A stretch of 64,000 nt of DNA from Lama guanicoe. Taxonomy: Eukaryota. Shown piece after piece: positions 1 through 14,290 of this stretch. Every line of letters begins with the position of its first letter. Positions within the stretch are counted from its first letter, which is position 1. Location of the stretch: assembly GCA_013239625.1 (NCBI GenBank), contig MU054212.1:7538270-7602269 (forward strand), written 5' to 3'. The position numbers and the translations under genes are program-made. The notes under the pieces are model-generated. The model did not search any database. It saw only the letters and a list, made by a program, of their open reading frames with translations, and had not been told where the DNA came from.

Positions 1-606
1 ACCAGACGCCCTTCAATAGGTGGATGGATAAATAAACCGTGGTACACTCAGACAATGAAATTTTGTTCCACGACAAAAATAAAGGAGCTATTGAAGCCAT
101 GAAAAGGTGTGGAGAAATCTTAAATGCATATTATCAAGTGAATGAAGCCAATCTGAAAACACGACATACTGAATGATTTCATTTATATGGCATTCTGGAA
201 AAAATAAAACTAGGTAGATAATAAAAAGATCAGTCGACTCCAGGGGTGAGGAGGGAGAGACATGAAAAAGCAGAGCAGTGAGGATTTTTGCCGGAGTTAA
301 AATACTCTGTATGATATTATAATGATGGGTGTATACCATTATATATGTATCAAAACCCACAAAGTGTGTAACATTAAGAGTAAACCCTAAGGTATATTAT
401 AAACTTTGGGTAAATATGATGAGTCAATGTAGGCTCATCTTTGGGTTAAAAAAAAAAGTGTCATTCTGGTGATTTTAATAATGTGGAGGCCATGAATGTT
501 TTGGGGGCAGGAGGTATTTGGAAAAGTACTGTACCTCCCTCTTAAGTTTGTTGTAAACCTAAAACCACTCCAAAAATATTTTTAAAATAAGACATAAAAA
601 ATAAAG
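1..606 (+). mobile_element. Old LINE-1 3' end (L1MB/L1MC-like ORF2 end plus 3' UTR)
   Basis: GATGGATAAATAAA...GTGGTAC, AAGTGAA..AAGCCAATCTGAAAA and GTAAACCCTAA..TAAACTTTGGG motifs typical of L1M 3' ends; A-rich end. Confidence 0.8.
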
Positions 607-1224
607 TTTTTGTATTGAGTTTTCAGGAAAAAAAAAAGCTCTAGCAAAATCATTTTATTTTAAAATTTTTGAAGCAGGAAAGCAGCAACTAGTCATGTTC
701 CTCTTATCTGTCAGAAGTACATGTTTTTTTTTAATAGCTTTTAAAATAATGTACCCTATGAAACCTAGGAAATCCAAGTTCTTATATAGTTCTACTCACC
801 TCAACTGATAAAACTTTTAATTACCAGTTTTTACAGTAGTCATTCTTTCCTGGCTTATCTAACTTTATAAGCAATATTTTATAAATTATGAGACTAACTG
901 AAGCATGAAGAGTCATTAAAGTGTATTTTATAATAGGGGATGGAGGAGCGCAGGTTTCATAGCCCACGAAAGATTGATTTTTCTCAGGCACCACAAATTT
1001 TAAAAAGAGTAGAACACAGTATAATAAACACATAGATATTTTTTCAGACTTTTCCCTTTTAGTTATTAAATAATATTAATGAAAATGTTCCTTTCTTAAA
1101 AGAGAGTTTGTATTTCTGATTTTCCTTCTTTAAAAAAAAGCAGTTTTAATGGTCCATACTTCCTCTCATATATATGATTTAGTGTTTTATTTTATATCAT
1201 ATAAAATATGATTTCTTTTGTTAG

Positions 1225-1325
1225 AATATAAATCCCAAGGCAAGAGGTATCTTGTCTTTCTTGTTCATTGCTATGGTCCTAGCAGTAAAAAGTGTCTGGC
1301 TCCTAGTAAGGGCTTAATAATTAAG
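1225..1325 (+). mobile_element. L2 3'-terminal fragment
   Basis: TCTTGTTCATTGCTAT...GTGTCTGGCTCCTAGTAAGGGCTTAATAA resembles the L2 3' tail. Confidence 0.55.
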
Positions 1326-2642
1326 GAATAGATAAATTATTTTTAAGCCCAGGGTATTAACAACTGTCTTTTCAATCATATTTCTGAAATGCTTCCCAGA
1401 GTAGTAAATAAATAACATCTTTTCATTCATTATATCACGTTGATCACAGCTGAACAAAAGGAAAGATGGGGCTAATTTCTTTTCAGCATGACCTTGGCAC
1501 AAAAGGCATGGTTGAAGTGAGGCAAAATTCCGGAAAGGCAAAAGCGTATTTTCTTCCAGTGTTCTTCTTCTCCTAATTTAAACAGTTTACAAGTGAATAA
1601 TTTTTGAAGTTGGGATGATGAGTACATTTTACTATAAATATACACATATTCTACTATTTTTTTCTATCTGCATCTACATTTGAAATTTCTGTATATATTT
1701 TATGCATTTTGTGTATACATACTTATACATATACATATATTTTTCCACTAATGTAAAAAAAAATTCTTTAAATTTCTGTAGAGCCTTCCCAGTTAGAAGT
1801 TGGTAATTTAAATTTAGGTGTTCATTCAAATTTTCAAAGGTTTCATTTTGAGGGGTGTATATTATTTCAATTTTGATAAGGGAGAAAAATATAAGAAAAC
1901 TTCAGATACCAAAAGTATAATGGTAAGATCTTATGTACCATGACAGGTGAAAGAGGATGATATTTGAGTAAGGATCGGACAGTAGCGGGCACATGGGATG
2001 CTTTGAGGAAACTACAGAAAGGCTGTCTACTTGCAAAAGGTGCTTCCTCTTGACAGATGAATTATTAAAAGATGCCCACTCCTCTGGGCGGATGCAGCCT
2101 TGCACCAGCCTATTTGGCTTGGCAGAGCAGAATATGACCTGGAATCAGCCTTCACTCACTCAGTGGCCAGCAGCCCGTGTGGAGTGCACAAAAGTCATCA
2201 GTTCATACCCACACACAGCAGCCACAGGGAGCCATTGTTGGTACCCTCCAAATCCCTAATATCGACAGTAGTGCGTTCTATTTATTCAAAAGATCATCGT
2301 GGATGGTATAAAATACGATTATCCAGCAACATGTGGCAAAAAAAAAAAAATTAGTGCTGGCTAACTGGACTGACTGCAAGTCACCCTTTTGCTGCGTTCA
2401 CAATATTGCCCTGCCGCCTAGGTAGGCTGGTGTCCAAAAATAAATTCAGTTCACTAAACGGCCCCCAAAATGTAGATGTGGTGTTTCTTTAAATTCAGAT
2501 TGTCTTCTCTGTATTACAGATGTATTCATTGTTTTTGGCTAATGGGAAAAAGCAATTGCAAAACTTACACATCTCCCTTCCTCCTTTTTCCATCAAGATG
2601 ACACCACGTTTCAAATTTCACTTCTCACCTTTGCAAGAGTAT

Positions 2643-2666
2643 GGGGCTGGGGCTGGGGCTGGGGCT
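2643..2666 (+). repeat. (GGGGCT)4 tandem repeat, G-quadruplex-capable
   Basis: Four perfect GGGG runs with 2-nt CT loops. Confidence 0.85.
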
Positions 2667-5600
2667 GGAGTGGAATGAGAAAATGATGACAACGACATTT
2701 CCACTAAGCTGTGCAAGTAGGGACCCTTCCAAACTACCGTAGGAGCAGAAGACTCTCAGACCGCAGGGTGTTTCTTAGTTCTTCAAACGTCAGCTACTCT
2801 TAACTACAGGAATACAGAAAAGCCATTTGAACAGCTTTTACGGAGCTTCTCCTAACCACGTAAGTTCAAAGAGGGGCTCCTTAATTCTTTCTCGCAGATT
2901 TGACCTGCTACCTTCTTTCACACAAAATAATGTAAAACGGCAAATCCTACTGAAGAGCACAGTAACATTTAATACTTCCCGGGTTCTCAGACGCTAATTT
3001 TCTACCAAATGGTTCCTAGTAACATTCATTATCACTAACAACATAGAAAGCATCTATTTTTAGCAATGTGACCGACTACAACATGAATCCTTGAATGGTG
3101 AATTCTACTTAAAGCTTGATTTGAATGTACATTGCGAACTCCCTGGAAGGGCATTCACAAGTCAATGTGAAAATGTGTCACACCAGACAGGAAGTTCTTG
3201 CTTTAGAATCAAATGCAATTCATACAGTCTACTGAATAAAAAGAAAGACATACATTGTTTAAACTAATGTTGTAATATATATAAACACACATGCATATAT
3301 GCACGTGATTAATTAAAGTACTCAGCGCCCACCAATCACTTAAAAGTTAAGCTTTCCTAAAACTTAGTCGTCATGATATGGCGTTGAAACGAAACTTGAG
3401 AGAAAAGCAGAACAGAATTCAAACAAACAAAAACAACTGCCAAATCCCTTAATTTTAAGTGAAATTAAATCCACAGAATGAAAAGTACTGAACAAAGAAG
3501 AGGAAAATCACTTTAATTCATAAGAAATGAAGGATGTTGGCAAAAATTTGATACCAGTAGACCTCTAGTGGTTATTAGAGTAATTGATATTTTACTATTT
3601 TGTGTTACTGCCTCTTTCAGCACAAAACAGAAACGTCCAAGTATTCCAAGATACTACCTTCCACAGCAAGAGTGCAAGTAGTAGTAAATATCTATGCATG
3701 CCTTTGGGAAAAAACAAAATAAAAAAATAAAACTTCCTAAGCAGGTTGACTACAAACTACCAAATAAAAAATTCTAGTATTGTTACCCTTGCAAAAATGC
3801 CTTTACAAGTTGTAAAATCCAGATATTTACCTTTCCCATCACACAATAACCTCCACGAAAAGAGGAAACCAGTGCATATGTGTATGTTGTTTCTTCTCAT
3901 CTCAGAAATTGAAGTATGTTAGCACTTTCCTGAGGCCAAAATGTTTTAGTCTGAATTTAAATATGTGACCAATTAATACATGATTTTACTTGCAAGGGAG
4001 ACAATGAATACATATTTTCCCCTTATATGAGAGTGAAATGAACGTCAATTTTGCAGGATGATGGTTATAAACCTTTCAGCACTGGTCAGGTCACAGAAAT
4101 TCTCATTAGGTGGACATAAATCAGTTTCTAATGGAAGGTTAAATGCCTCAGGTGAAGTTAATTTCCTTCCTCTCCAGTCATTGTTATTAATGATGGCTAC
4201 TGTCCTTTATTAATAAAGACAATTGGCAAAATGCAGAAGATATCTTGGGGGAGCAGCAGGTGACACTAGACGTGGATTTAGACCAACTCCCAGGAGACAA
4301 CGCAGCACAGCCTTAATGCTACACTTTAACAGACCAATTACCTCCCACAAGTAAGAATGTGTTTCTATGCTATGTATTATCAAATAGTTCATTTTAAAGA
4401 GATGAGTGTAGGGGAAGACAAAACCTTGAATACATCATACTCAAGACAACTACGTGTACATACTGACAAGCCAACGTGAAAAGCACTAATTCAATAATTG
4501 CTCATCTGGGATCAAAATACACAGCACAGTTTTAAAACATCTGTTTCTATTGGAAGAAGGACTTCTAAAATGCCTAGCGATCACTTACAGAAGAGCACAG
4601 CTACAAAATCAACCTGGTACCCAATTTCCCACAAAGTATTTAGAAAGGAGGGAAATCGATCAGGATGATAGATTTAAGGAAACAGTGAAGGAACCTTAGA
4701 CATGTTAACTTTGGGCTTTGTCCCAGATTTAACGATGATGACAACTGACACGGTCACCAACTCAAAGTGAACAAAACAGAGGGCATTCTCCTTTTTAATT
4801 GAATTCAGTGTATTTGCTCCACGTCTGGTCAAAGAGGGAAATTCATGCCAAGTGAAGGTAGTTCAGTCATTTGCAGTGAAAACTCATCTTTTTTTTTTTT
4901 TTTTTGGTGTAACTACTCAGTTTCTCTTGTAAACTAGTCAAAGCTCTACCCACCACCAGCACTCCACGCCCCTCTCCCTGGGAGCATCAGTGACATCGTG
5001 TCCTGTGAAGCTTGGGAAGCGTAAGTGAGAAGGAAAGAGAGGCCAGTTTATTCTGTCCCCACTGTTCTCCGTGGAAGAAGAGCTTTCTCATTTGTTGTCT
5101 ATCCTTCTTGGATCTGCTGATGTTGACAATGACCCTGTTAGGGCTGCTAAGTGATAATTCAGGGCTTTTTCATACCACCTATGGAGACTTCTAGTTCAAG
5201 AGAGCTCTCAGCTGCTTCCTCCTGCAGCCCATCCCATGTCGGTGTGTCTGAAAAGCTTCCCTTTAACCTAATGTCTTAGCACCTCATGCAACTGCGAGTC
5301 CTCCCCTCAGATGCTGTGTTGGACACAGGGCATCTCTCTATGAGATCTGCAGTCTTCCTGAATGCCCCCCCTGGGCAATGAGACCCACGCTCACTCTGTT
5401 CTTTCACCCTTCAAGCCTATTCCAATTACCTTGCTGCCCTGGCTGTGGCCACCAGACTTTTCTCAGAGAACCTTGCAGTTCATCCCTCTAAACTGCTCTT
5501 TTCCACATATAGGAGGACTGTTAACTTCTTTGGGGAGGAAAAAAAAAGTTCCTATGTAATTATGCATTCTTGTCCTTTCTGTAACTTACTCGTGCAGACC

Positions 5601-8039
5601 TCCAGGGTTTTGCTCCTATTTAAAGTGAATTTCTTAGAATTCTCTCTCTGGATTTTGTCAGTGAAAGCCATGGTTTTAAAGATATATACCTATGCTATTA
5701 ATTTAAAAATATCTATGTAAGTACTCAAAAGCTAAGCAATCGATTCTTTATCCTTTCTACACCACACTTAGCATTGAGGGCAGTTCATTGGAAAGCCCTG
5801 GATTCTGCTTGAGAGGAGACATACAAAAGGACTTGAAAAACCAAGCACACACGATTTAACATCATAATATTGCCCCGTCAGACCTGGACAGTTTACAAAG
5901 CACACGGCCTTTGCACATGCTGCTGCTCATGCCTTTTTCCCACCTGTGAACTGTTTTCATCTTCTGGATCTAGGTCACTTGTGAGTGGCACTTGCAGCTC
6001 CTCCACGGCCAGGTTAAGTCAGTGACACCGCGATACTCTCTCATGAGGGAGTAGACGCCGTCCCCTCATAGGGGCTGTTACAGTTTGTAATTCTAAATTT
6101 AGTCCTGTCACCCCACCCCGCTAGACCCTATATCAATGTTAATAGCATAGACTCCCTTTTATATTTTGTCACTGCTGAATTTCCAGCACTTCAAAGGGTT
6201 CTTACACATAGTGGTCAATACATTTTTGTTGGAAATGACTCCGTTATCTTACTGGTTCCTATCATGGACTCTGAGGTTGTAAAGCAAATCTTACCCCTAA
6301 TTGAAAATGGAGGGCTCTTATGCTAACTGTATATGGAACGGCGTGCATCAGGACACACGGGTTATGTCACAAAACTAGTGTCTACACTTTGACCCTGTGA
6401 ACCCTGATCCACTGCTGTTATCACACCACGTCCTTGTCCACTGTCATCATCATCTTTAAAAATGGTTTGGAATCCAGTTTATAATGAATTCTTAGTAAAT
6501 GCTTGCTTGAGAAGGTAAAATATTATTTTTAGTAGCAAACAGCAGTATGGTTTACCAGAAAGAAAAAAAGACACGGTTTAATTTTGCAACGAGACTAATA
6601 TGTGACCCAAGAAACTATTTTGATTATTAAACCACATGAGAGCAGTATTCAAGTATCACCATGGTGGGGTGAGGAGCGCTTTTAAAAAGAAAGTGAAAAT
6701 ACCTAGTGTATCCAGAAATTATTTATATATTTTTTTATACCCAGAATGACATTTTGTAGCCTTTTTAAGAAAGCAGGAGCAGACCCTTACCTACAGATAG
6801 ATGCAGAAGCTGGCCTATTTATAGGTTGGCTGCCTGACACGCCCTGTAACACATGTAGGAATATTGACTATTGTTAGACCAAAAAAAATTCCCAAGTGGT
6901 AACTGGTTCTATGAATAGCTTCTCAATTTACCAAATACAGATTTTTCAAAGCCACAAGCTCTCGCAACCTTTTAATAGATTTTATTGGTCTTGTTTTGTT
7001 CTTTTCACGAATGTGAGTGACTTCAATTTATAATACTGAAAGGCTTCCTTTGAAGTTTGATGTTTGGTTTTATTTTGAAACTTGGCTCACTTTTGGGTGG
7101 GGCTGAATATCCCATTATCTTGTAAGTCTCCTTCACTTAATCTGGATCATTTCTACTCTAGGTGCCCTTTCACATTCTTTCCTAATGTTTTTATTATATT
7201 AACATGACCATTATTGTTACATAAAGTATGTTATTTTAAGACATACGACACTTTTGATTGATATTTCAAAATAGCCTTTTCATCTGGATACTTTATGCAG
7301 GAAAATGGTATTCTTTATCAAAAAAGTGTACACTTTGTTATTTCACACAAAACAAAGCTGAAACATTACCCAAAAAGAAAGCTTATAAGAGAAAATAAAT
7401 TTTTACTGGCATGAGTGGATGGTCATGAATGACAAGTTTTTTTTTTCCCCTTCTGCCAAAGCTTGGTCTTATTATTTAAAATAAAGCACAGGAAAATAAA
7501 ATGAGAAGATTCAAAATAAAGAATGCAGGAGAGGAGGTCAATCACAATTTCTCATTGTGCCTTCCACACAAGGGAAGAACGAGGGAAATGAAAGAAATTG
7601 TCAAAAGTCAATTACATATTTAACAGATAAAAGGAAATATGAATTTTAAACACAGGGCAATTATTGTGTAAAGATACTACTGAAAAAAAAGCAGAATTTA
7701 AGTTTGCTATTGCTGTTTTAGAAAGCTTGGTAAAACCAATAGATTTCAATGGCTAGAAACATTATTTTAATTTCTTCATAACAATGCAGAAACAAAGGCA
7801 TATGCATGAAAATAGGAAAGTGTGAGGAGCCATCTACAAGCAGCTATTACAGACAGATTAAAGAGCACAGGCAATAGTAAAATATTAGTCAGAATATTAA
7901 TGCTCTGTTCAGGAAATAAGAACTTGATGGGATGGCTGAGCATGCATGACATAAAAGAATGCGTCAAGCTAAGCACAGTTACAGGATATAGTAAATGCAA
8001 TGGTTACAGAGGTGGGTTTGGGGCAACTTGGAAATTCAT

Positions 8040-8250
8040 CTTTAAAGGTAGAGGCTCGGATCCAAAATGCCTGTGTTCCAATCCTGATCCTACCACTTAG
8101 CAATTGGATAATGAATGTTCGTTAGCTTCAGTTCCTTTATCTATGCCATGAAAATAACGAGTCTCTACCATCACAGGATGGTTGTGAAAACCAAAAAAGT
8201 AATCTTCTGGGGACAGTGCCTGGCATACAGTAAGCAGTTAAGACATTTTA
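8040..8250 (+). mobile_element. MIR SINE
   Basis: GCCTGTGTTCCAATCCTG...CTTCAGTTCC...ACAGTGCCTGGCATACAGTAAGC matches the MIR core and tail. Confidence 0.7.
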
Positions 8251-10731
8251 TTTCTCCTCATCATCTATCTTCACTTTCATTTGGAAATATGTAAAACAAT
8301 CATCTGATTTTTAGACGGTTGAATTCAGATGAGAGTTGAGATGTGTTTCATCAACTTTAAAATGGAATTATGTACCGCTGATGTTGCTGACATGCGTTAA
8401 GAGAGTACCTCCTCCCTGATGCCCATTTAGAACACTGGCATCAGTGTTCAGTGTACTAAACTTCTAAACTCCCCTGTACCTATAACACGAATCTGATTTT
8501 TTTTTTCTTGATTGCTTTCTCATAGATTTGAACAAAGACAGAGCTAAGCAATGATGGGCTTGATTTTTTATTTTTATGATGCCAGGATCTATTCTCCAAG
8601 ACGTTGTTAAAGTATAGCAAGAAAGATATATTAGTGGATATGCCAGTGAAATAAGTCTGCACACTGAAGGACAGGCTGATGGGTGATATATGACTGTCAA
8701 AAAACTCAAAATTTCTGAAATGTATATAGACATTGGAGGTTGTCAAAGCTTTCATGGTGTTGCTGTTGAAGGAAAGCCGAAGACCCTTCTAGTACATCAG
8801 GATTTCAGGGTAAATTTTATGAAAAGTGCTTAAAGGAAAACAGTCATTATTATTGAAAGCACTAAAACTCTCATTCATCCTCTCTCCCTCTCCCTCCCTC
8901 CAGCCCTCCCTCCTTCTCTCCCTCTCTAGATAACACACCTGCCCATACATGTATGTATGCACATGCTATGCACACACATACATTTAGGAAGGAGTAGAAA
9001 TAAGGGTTCTTATGAATGATGCTCGTAAAGAAGAGGAAAAGGAAAGGAAATGTTAATTTCACACTTTGCCAATACCCATGAGTCTCTGTGTTGAACGCAG
9101 TTTCTTACCAAAGGTGCAGAAGACTGGAAGCAAACAGAAGACAGAGAATGATTCTGGATGATTCTTGAGTCAAGGCTGGAGGGAAAACTGGGAGAGTGGG
9201 AGGTCTGCTCCTTCAGCAATCACCCTAGTTTTCTAAGTACTCGTCACATGTGTATCTTGGAGTTAAAATGGCTCTTTCAAGATGGGAAAGGCTGCTGGGA
9301 GAATGATGGAGGTGTCTCCATCATGCTTTAATCCCTTCCTCTAGTATAAGAAAATAAACTATTTCAGGGATACATAGAAAATAATGGGGTCCTGGTTATT
9401 TTTTTTTTAAGGAAAGTGTTTTGTCAAGATAAAGACACCAAAAATGTTATAGATGAGAAAGAATCCTAAAAGGGTGAGTACACACGGAGTGTCCTGGAGC
9501 TAGAGTGGATCTCATGGAGGGTTTAGCTAAGCTTCTCATCGACAGATGTAAAAATAGTTGCCCAAATATGTTATCAATTCTTAAATAAGGCTGCAAAATT
9601 AGTTACCGATAGAACTGGGATAGGAAACCAGATCTCAAGATTTAAAATTAAGAGCTGCTTCACGCTGCCTTGTTAATGAATTCACTTTAAGATGTCGAAG
9701 CTACTTTATTGTTCCACTGCTCCTGGCTGGATTGAGGAGGTAGACAAGGGAGCCAACACAGGCATCAGGAACTCCAAAGCAAGATGTGAAAAAGACAGAC
9801 TACTCAGTCATGGGCCAGGAAATCAACTACTTGTCTAATGTTTGGCAAGAAAGACAGAGTCTAAGGGTTGCATACACTTTCACTATAGAAGCAAGCAGAT
9901 GGGGAAGAGATTTCAAAGTGCCATTTCGACTCAGAAGCTACATTCTACTGTATGTCAAACACTGCTTAGAGCTCCAAAGGCAGAATGCAAGGACGCACAA
10001 GGTAACACTGTTTCCTGCCCCCAAGGCACTCCCCATCAAATCAAGTGAGACTGATAAGAAAGTAATTGTATGATACCTTCACAATGAATATAAAGAAATA
10101 TCCTTCCAACTGTTTTAATATCCTCCAACTGTTCTTTCCTTTTATCAACGCACCATCTAATTATGATCTTTGTAAACCTCGTAAATAAAGATTTTTATGG
10201 TCAATTTAGCCCATTTTGTAGCTGCTTTACCTCTCCGTACAACTCTCATGCAACAGTAGCTTCAAAGCCCTATTCAACACTGATATTATTTTTGCCTAAA
10301 GGCTAAAGCTGTTTCGTATTAAAAAAAAAATAGCTAGCTGACCCACATTAGCAACAAGAAAGTTGTAAAGAAACACAGCATGGTGTTGGCTTTACAATGA
10401 GAGTTTATAAAGGCTAGCCAGGTGATAGTAAAAACAAAGGACAGTTCGAAAAAAGGTTAGTTGCTCATGACTTTCATATTAGGGAAATGCAAGGTTCTGA
10501 TTCTGCAATACAGCTGGATTTATAGGTTCAAATTTTATTTGAAGAAATTCACAGAAGATATGTACTTTCTAACATCTCTCTAGGGTCGTGTGAATTCCTG
10601 ACCTTATTTATGCATTATCAGAGAGACAAAACTCAATATTCAAGGACTAAAGGGTCTAGCATTTTCTACTTGGTTCTAACAGAATTTTGGCATCTCTCAG
10701 GGGCAATGAAACATTGAACATTGACTCCATG

Positions 10732-12488
10732 TGTTAACAAATGTAATCAGTAGAAGCTTCAATTAAATAGAGTTCTTAGACCAGAAAGAGGAGCCCTCAT
10801 GTCCTGCCACGAGAGCAGAGCCCAAACAGGAGGAAGAAAGATTCCTCTTCTTTCCTGGCAAGGACTCAGCAGGTGAAAAGCCATGGACTCTTTGTTCACC
10901 ACAACCTTCCAAAGTCCCCTTCCCCTCTGTAAAGGGGTTCTCCTTCCCTTGCATGTGGGGACTTGTGTGTGGCTGCAAGGCTTTCTCAGGTTAGCTGGTT
11001 ATTGCTGAAACTGGATTCCAAATTTCTCTCTTTAAGCAGAGTTTGATGAACCCACCCGCCCTTGGGTATGCCAATTATCCGATTGCCTTTTTTTCTTTTT
11101 GTATATGGAAAGGAAAGAAGCGCCCTTGGGGCAAAACAAAGGGACCACCATCCACCCATAGGGTATTACAGTCAGCAGCTGGACCCTGTGGCTCAGGGAT
11201 CCTCCCCTTGTCCTACAGCCATTACCACCACTGTTCTTTTGGTTAAGATCATCGAGAAAATTGTTGTGGGCTCTCCCTTAATCATCTTTGTACCTCAGTC
11301 ATTTTTTGTACCACTTTTTAACCAGCCCTGAATTCTCATCACACTCAACATTTCTCATTTAGCGACTTCACCTCTTACGAAGTCTTTTTGTTAACTGCTC
11401 AAGTCACTCTTTCACCTTGTAGCAGCCTTAACCCTGCTACTTGTCTCCCCCGCCCCCGTCACTGACAAAGTTCCTCACAACTGCTTAGTGCTGATGAGTT
11501 ACCTCCTGACTCCTCCTGACGATCTACAGGAAACCCCCTGGAGTAACCTTTTGACAGTGTGCGCTCAGAAGATGGAGACCTTAGGAAATCACATCTTGTA
11601 ACCTGGATATCTCACCTACTGGAAAAGATGCCTCCAGAGGAACTCCTCAAACTTGATGGAGAGGTCCCTATCAGTTAGTTACTTCTCACCAACCCTGGTA
11701 CCACCAAACTCCCAAGAACAGATTCAGAGATTCATCTGACACACCTGCAGAAAGCACCAAACCCCAAACGGACCTGTGCATCATCTGGCGACCTGAAGTG
11801 ATGATTTCCTGGAGTCGAAGCAGAGGAAATCTGATAAAATAGCTTTCCCAAGATACTTAGACCAGGCTTGTTAGAAGTGTGTCACCAAGCCTTTGATGAT
11901 GACATAATGCTTCAGATGATCTCTGATGTCTATGATAACACATGGACCTCAGTTCTCCCTCCTACCACTCCCCATTGTTGAAATGGGACAACAGATTTCT
12001 AATCTGTGCCTTTTTCCTCTGACATGAGACATTACTCTGAGGACAGGTCCCTCCTGGCACTGAGGCACAAGAAGCTGCTCTAACTAGAAAACTTGACTCT
12101 TGATCTGTAATGCTTTCAGAGAAGGAACTTGATCAAATGGAGAAGGTGAAAAAAATTAATAAACAGAAACCTCAATTAAACAGAGTTAGGGTATCAGAAG
12201 GGGGAGCCCTCATGCCCTGTGATGACAGCAGAGCCCAACAGAAAGAAGAAAGACTCTTCTCCTTTCCTGGGAAGGACTCAGCCAATGAAGGGACATGGCC
12301 TCTTTGCTTACTATAACCCTCGCAACTTCCTTTTCCCTTCTGTAAAAGCATTCTCCTTCCCTTGCCATGTGGGGACTTGCATGTTGCTTGCCATGACCGC
12401 AGACCCCTCACTGCAATTCTCTGCTAATCCTGAATAAACCCATCTTTGCTCGAGAAATATCTGGCAGTCTGTTTGTTTTAGGTCAACA
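10732..12488 (+). mobile_element. Internally deleted ERV1-class (gammaretrovirus-like) provirus: truncated 5' LTR, pol fragments, PPT, complete 3' LTR
   Basis: TG...CA termini flanked by an identical CATG TSD (10728-10731, 12489-12492). LTR similarity between 10732-~10978 and 12147-~12395. Pol connection-domain peptide PIGYYSQQLDPVAQG in ORF 11062..11331; integrase-like WRGPYQ near 11658; AATAAA at 12433. Confidence 0.9.
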
Positions 12489-14179
12489 CATGTAATCATT
12501 AATGAACCAGCAATCGCCACCATGAAGATGACAAACCACAAGAGCAATACCTCAAAACAAAGAACTAACCCAGAAGTAAAATTCCAGATTACTCTGACAT
12601 CCTTCACTGATCATATTAGACTCTCTGAAGCAAGCCTGGAATCAAGCCAATCTCCCCTTCTTTTCCAGAGGCCAGGACCTAGCTGAGATTGTACTGGTAT
12701 CTGGGGGGGTGCAAGCTTCAGACTGAAATCAGTAAGCTAAATTTCTATCAAGCACTCACTTATATGAAAAATCACTTCTGTAACATGAGTAGAGAATCAA
12801 AAAGCAGAATTTTAACTTAAGAGGAAAGTAAACTTTCAAATATTATGACCCTAAATGCAAGAAGAAAAACATATTCCCTACAAAGGATATTAAATCAATA
12901 CATAACTTAGCATCTTTTTTCCATATTTATACCTTATATGTAAGCCCAGTTGCTATTTATTCTGCTTTTGGAAATAGAGAATTACTACTTAAAAGCAGTT
13001 TCAAATGATTAACTACACACAAACACACACATGCACACACACACAAACAGACACACACATACAAGCATACATATTAAAAAATACAGCAATCATTTCTGTA
13101 ATTCATAGTAACATTCCTTATAATTATCTGTTTTCTTTATTTAATTTATGATACTTTATATTTCTGCAAATTATATTTATAGAGCTACTGCCATGAAGAG
13201 AAATCTCTCTAAAAGCTTCATCAGCTTAAATATGTCAACCTAGATTAATTAATTCAATAAGTTCTCCATAAGAATTATTTTTCAGTCTGGCACTAGAACG
13301 ACTTGAACTAAGAAAAAATAGCAGTACTGTATTATTTTCATGTATTTTAACTCCCTAAGGATATAAAGCTTAAAAAAATGAGAATAATAACACAAGAATC
13401 GATTCGGTTCTGGATCTATTCTTACATTTATGTAAAAAAGAAAATAAATCAACATCCTTTTAACCGTTTTTGTTTTATGCAAAATCTCCTTAACAACTAG
13501 AAACAGTTAAAAGAAAACAAAGTTGTAGAACAAAGAAAGTAACTTACACAACCTCAGCAGAGAATCTGGTGTTCAGTCTAAACAAATTTTAATCGCTTTT
13601 CTGCTTAAAACTCACCATCATAAAAAGTTAACTACTAAATTTAATTTCCTAGTAAGTGTTCTGTTTTACATCATTTTTTAATGAAAAACATGTTTTATTA
13701 GGTTTTCCAACTAAATTAAATGGTGAATAGTAGCTGTTTTTATTGCTGGGCTTGTGTGCTTTAATAATTACTTGAAACTATTCTTTTCAGCTAAATTAGA
13801 TGCAATTTTAGTCACATATTTTTACTACAATTGTATTCACATAGACAGACATCAGTAAGAAACTATTGTGTGTTTTCTTAAATTAGAGCTCACGTGTGCT
13901 ATATTCAGATACATCAGACAGCAAACAGACTAAAAAGTATTAGACTTAGCAGAGGGGTGCTTTCAGAGGTAATAAAGGATGCAGCAGGCAGCAATTTTGA
14001 TACCTAAGAAAACAACTGAAATCTACGGAGACTTGCACAATTTTCACTCAGCAGGTAAGTCAGAGGTACCACTGACCAAAACAGCATCTGAGCATGAGCT
14101 ACACCCACATGACTCAACTCTGCTGCCACCTTGACACTCCAGAACTTCCAAGGAGAAACGTGAGGAGTCTCTTCAAAAG

Positions 14180-14290
14180 TATAGTCTGGAACACTGGCTC
14201 CATGCTTTCCCCCACCTGACTGTCTTAGTCATCCCACCTGAGGTGGGCCCCATAAATCTGTATTTTTTAACATAAGTTCCCCAGGTAGGA
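14180..14290. mobile_element. MER5-like hAT-Charlie fragment
   Basis: CTGAGGTGGGCCCC..AAATCTGTATTTTTTAACA..TTCCCCAGGT resembles MER5. Confidence 0.5.

Noticed and set aside
790..915. Cryptic exon ending at a strong GAG|GTGAGT donor (~799)
   Set aside because: AT-rich, weak acceptor, no NOL4-like peptide; such donors are common by chance.
5190..5510. Possible old LTR (likewise ~30900-31500 and ~46930-47220)
   Set aside because: Composition is suggestive, but no termini, TSD or family could be established by eye.
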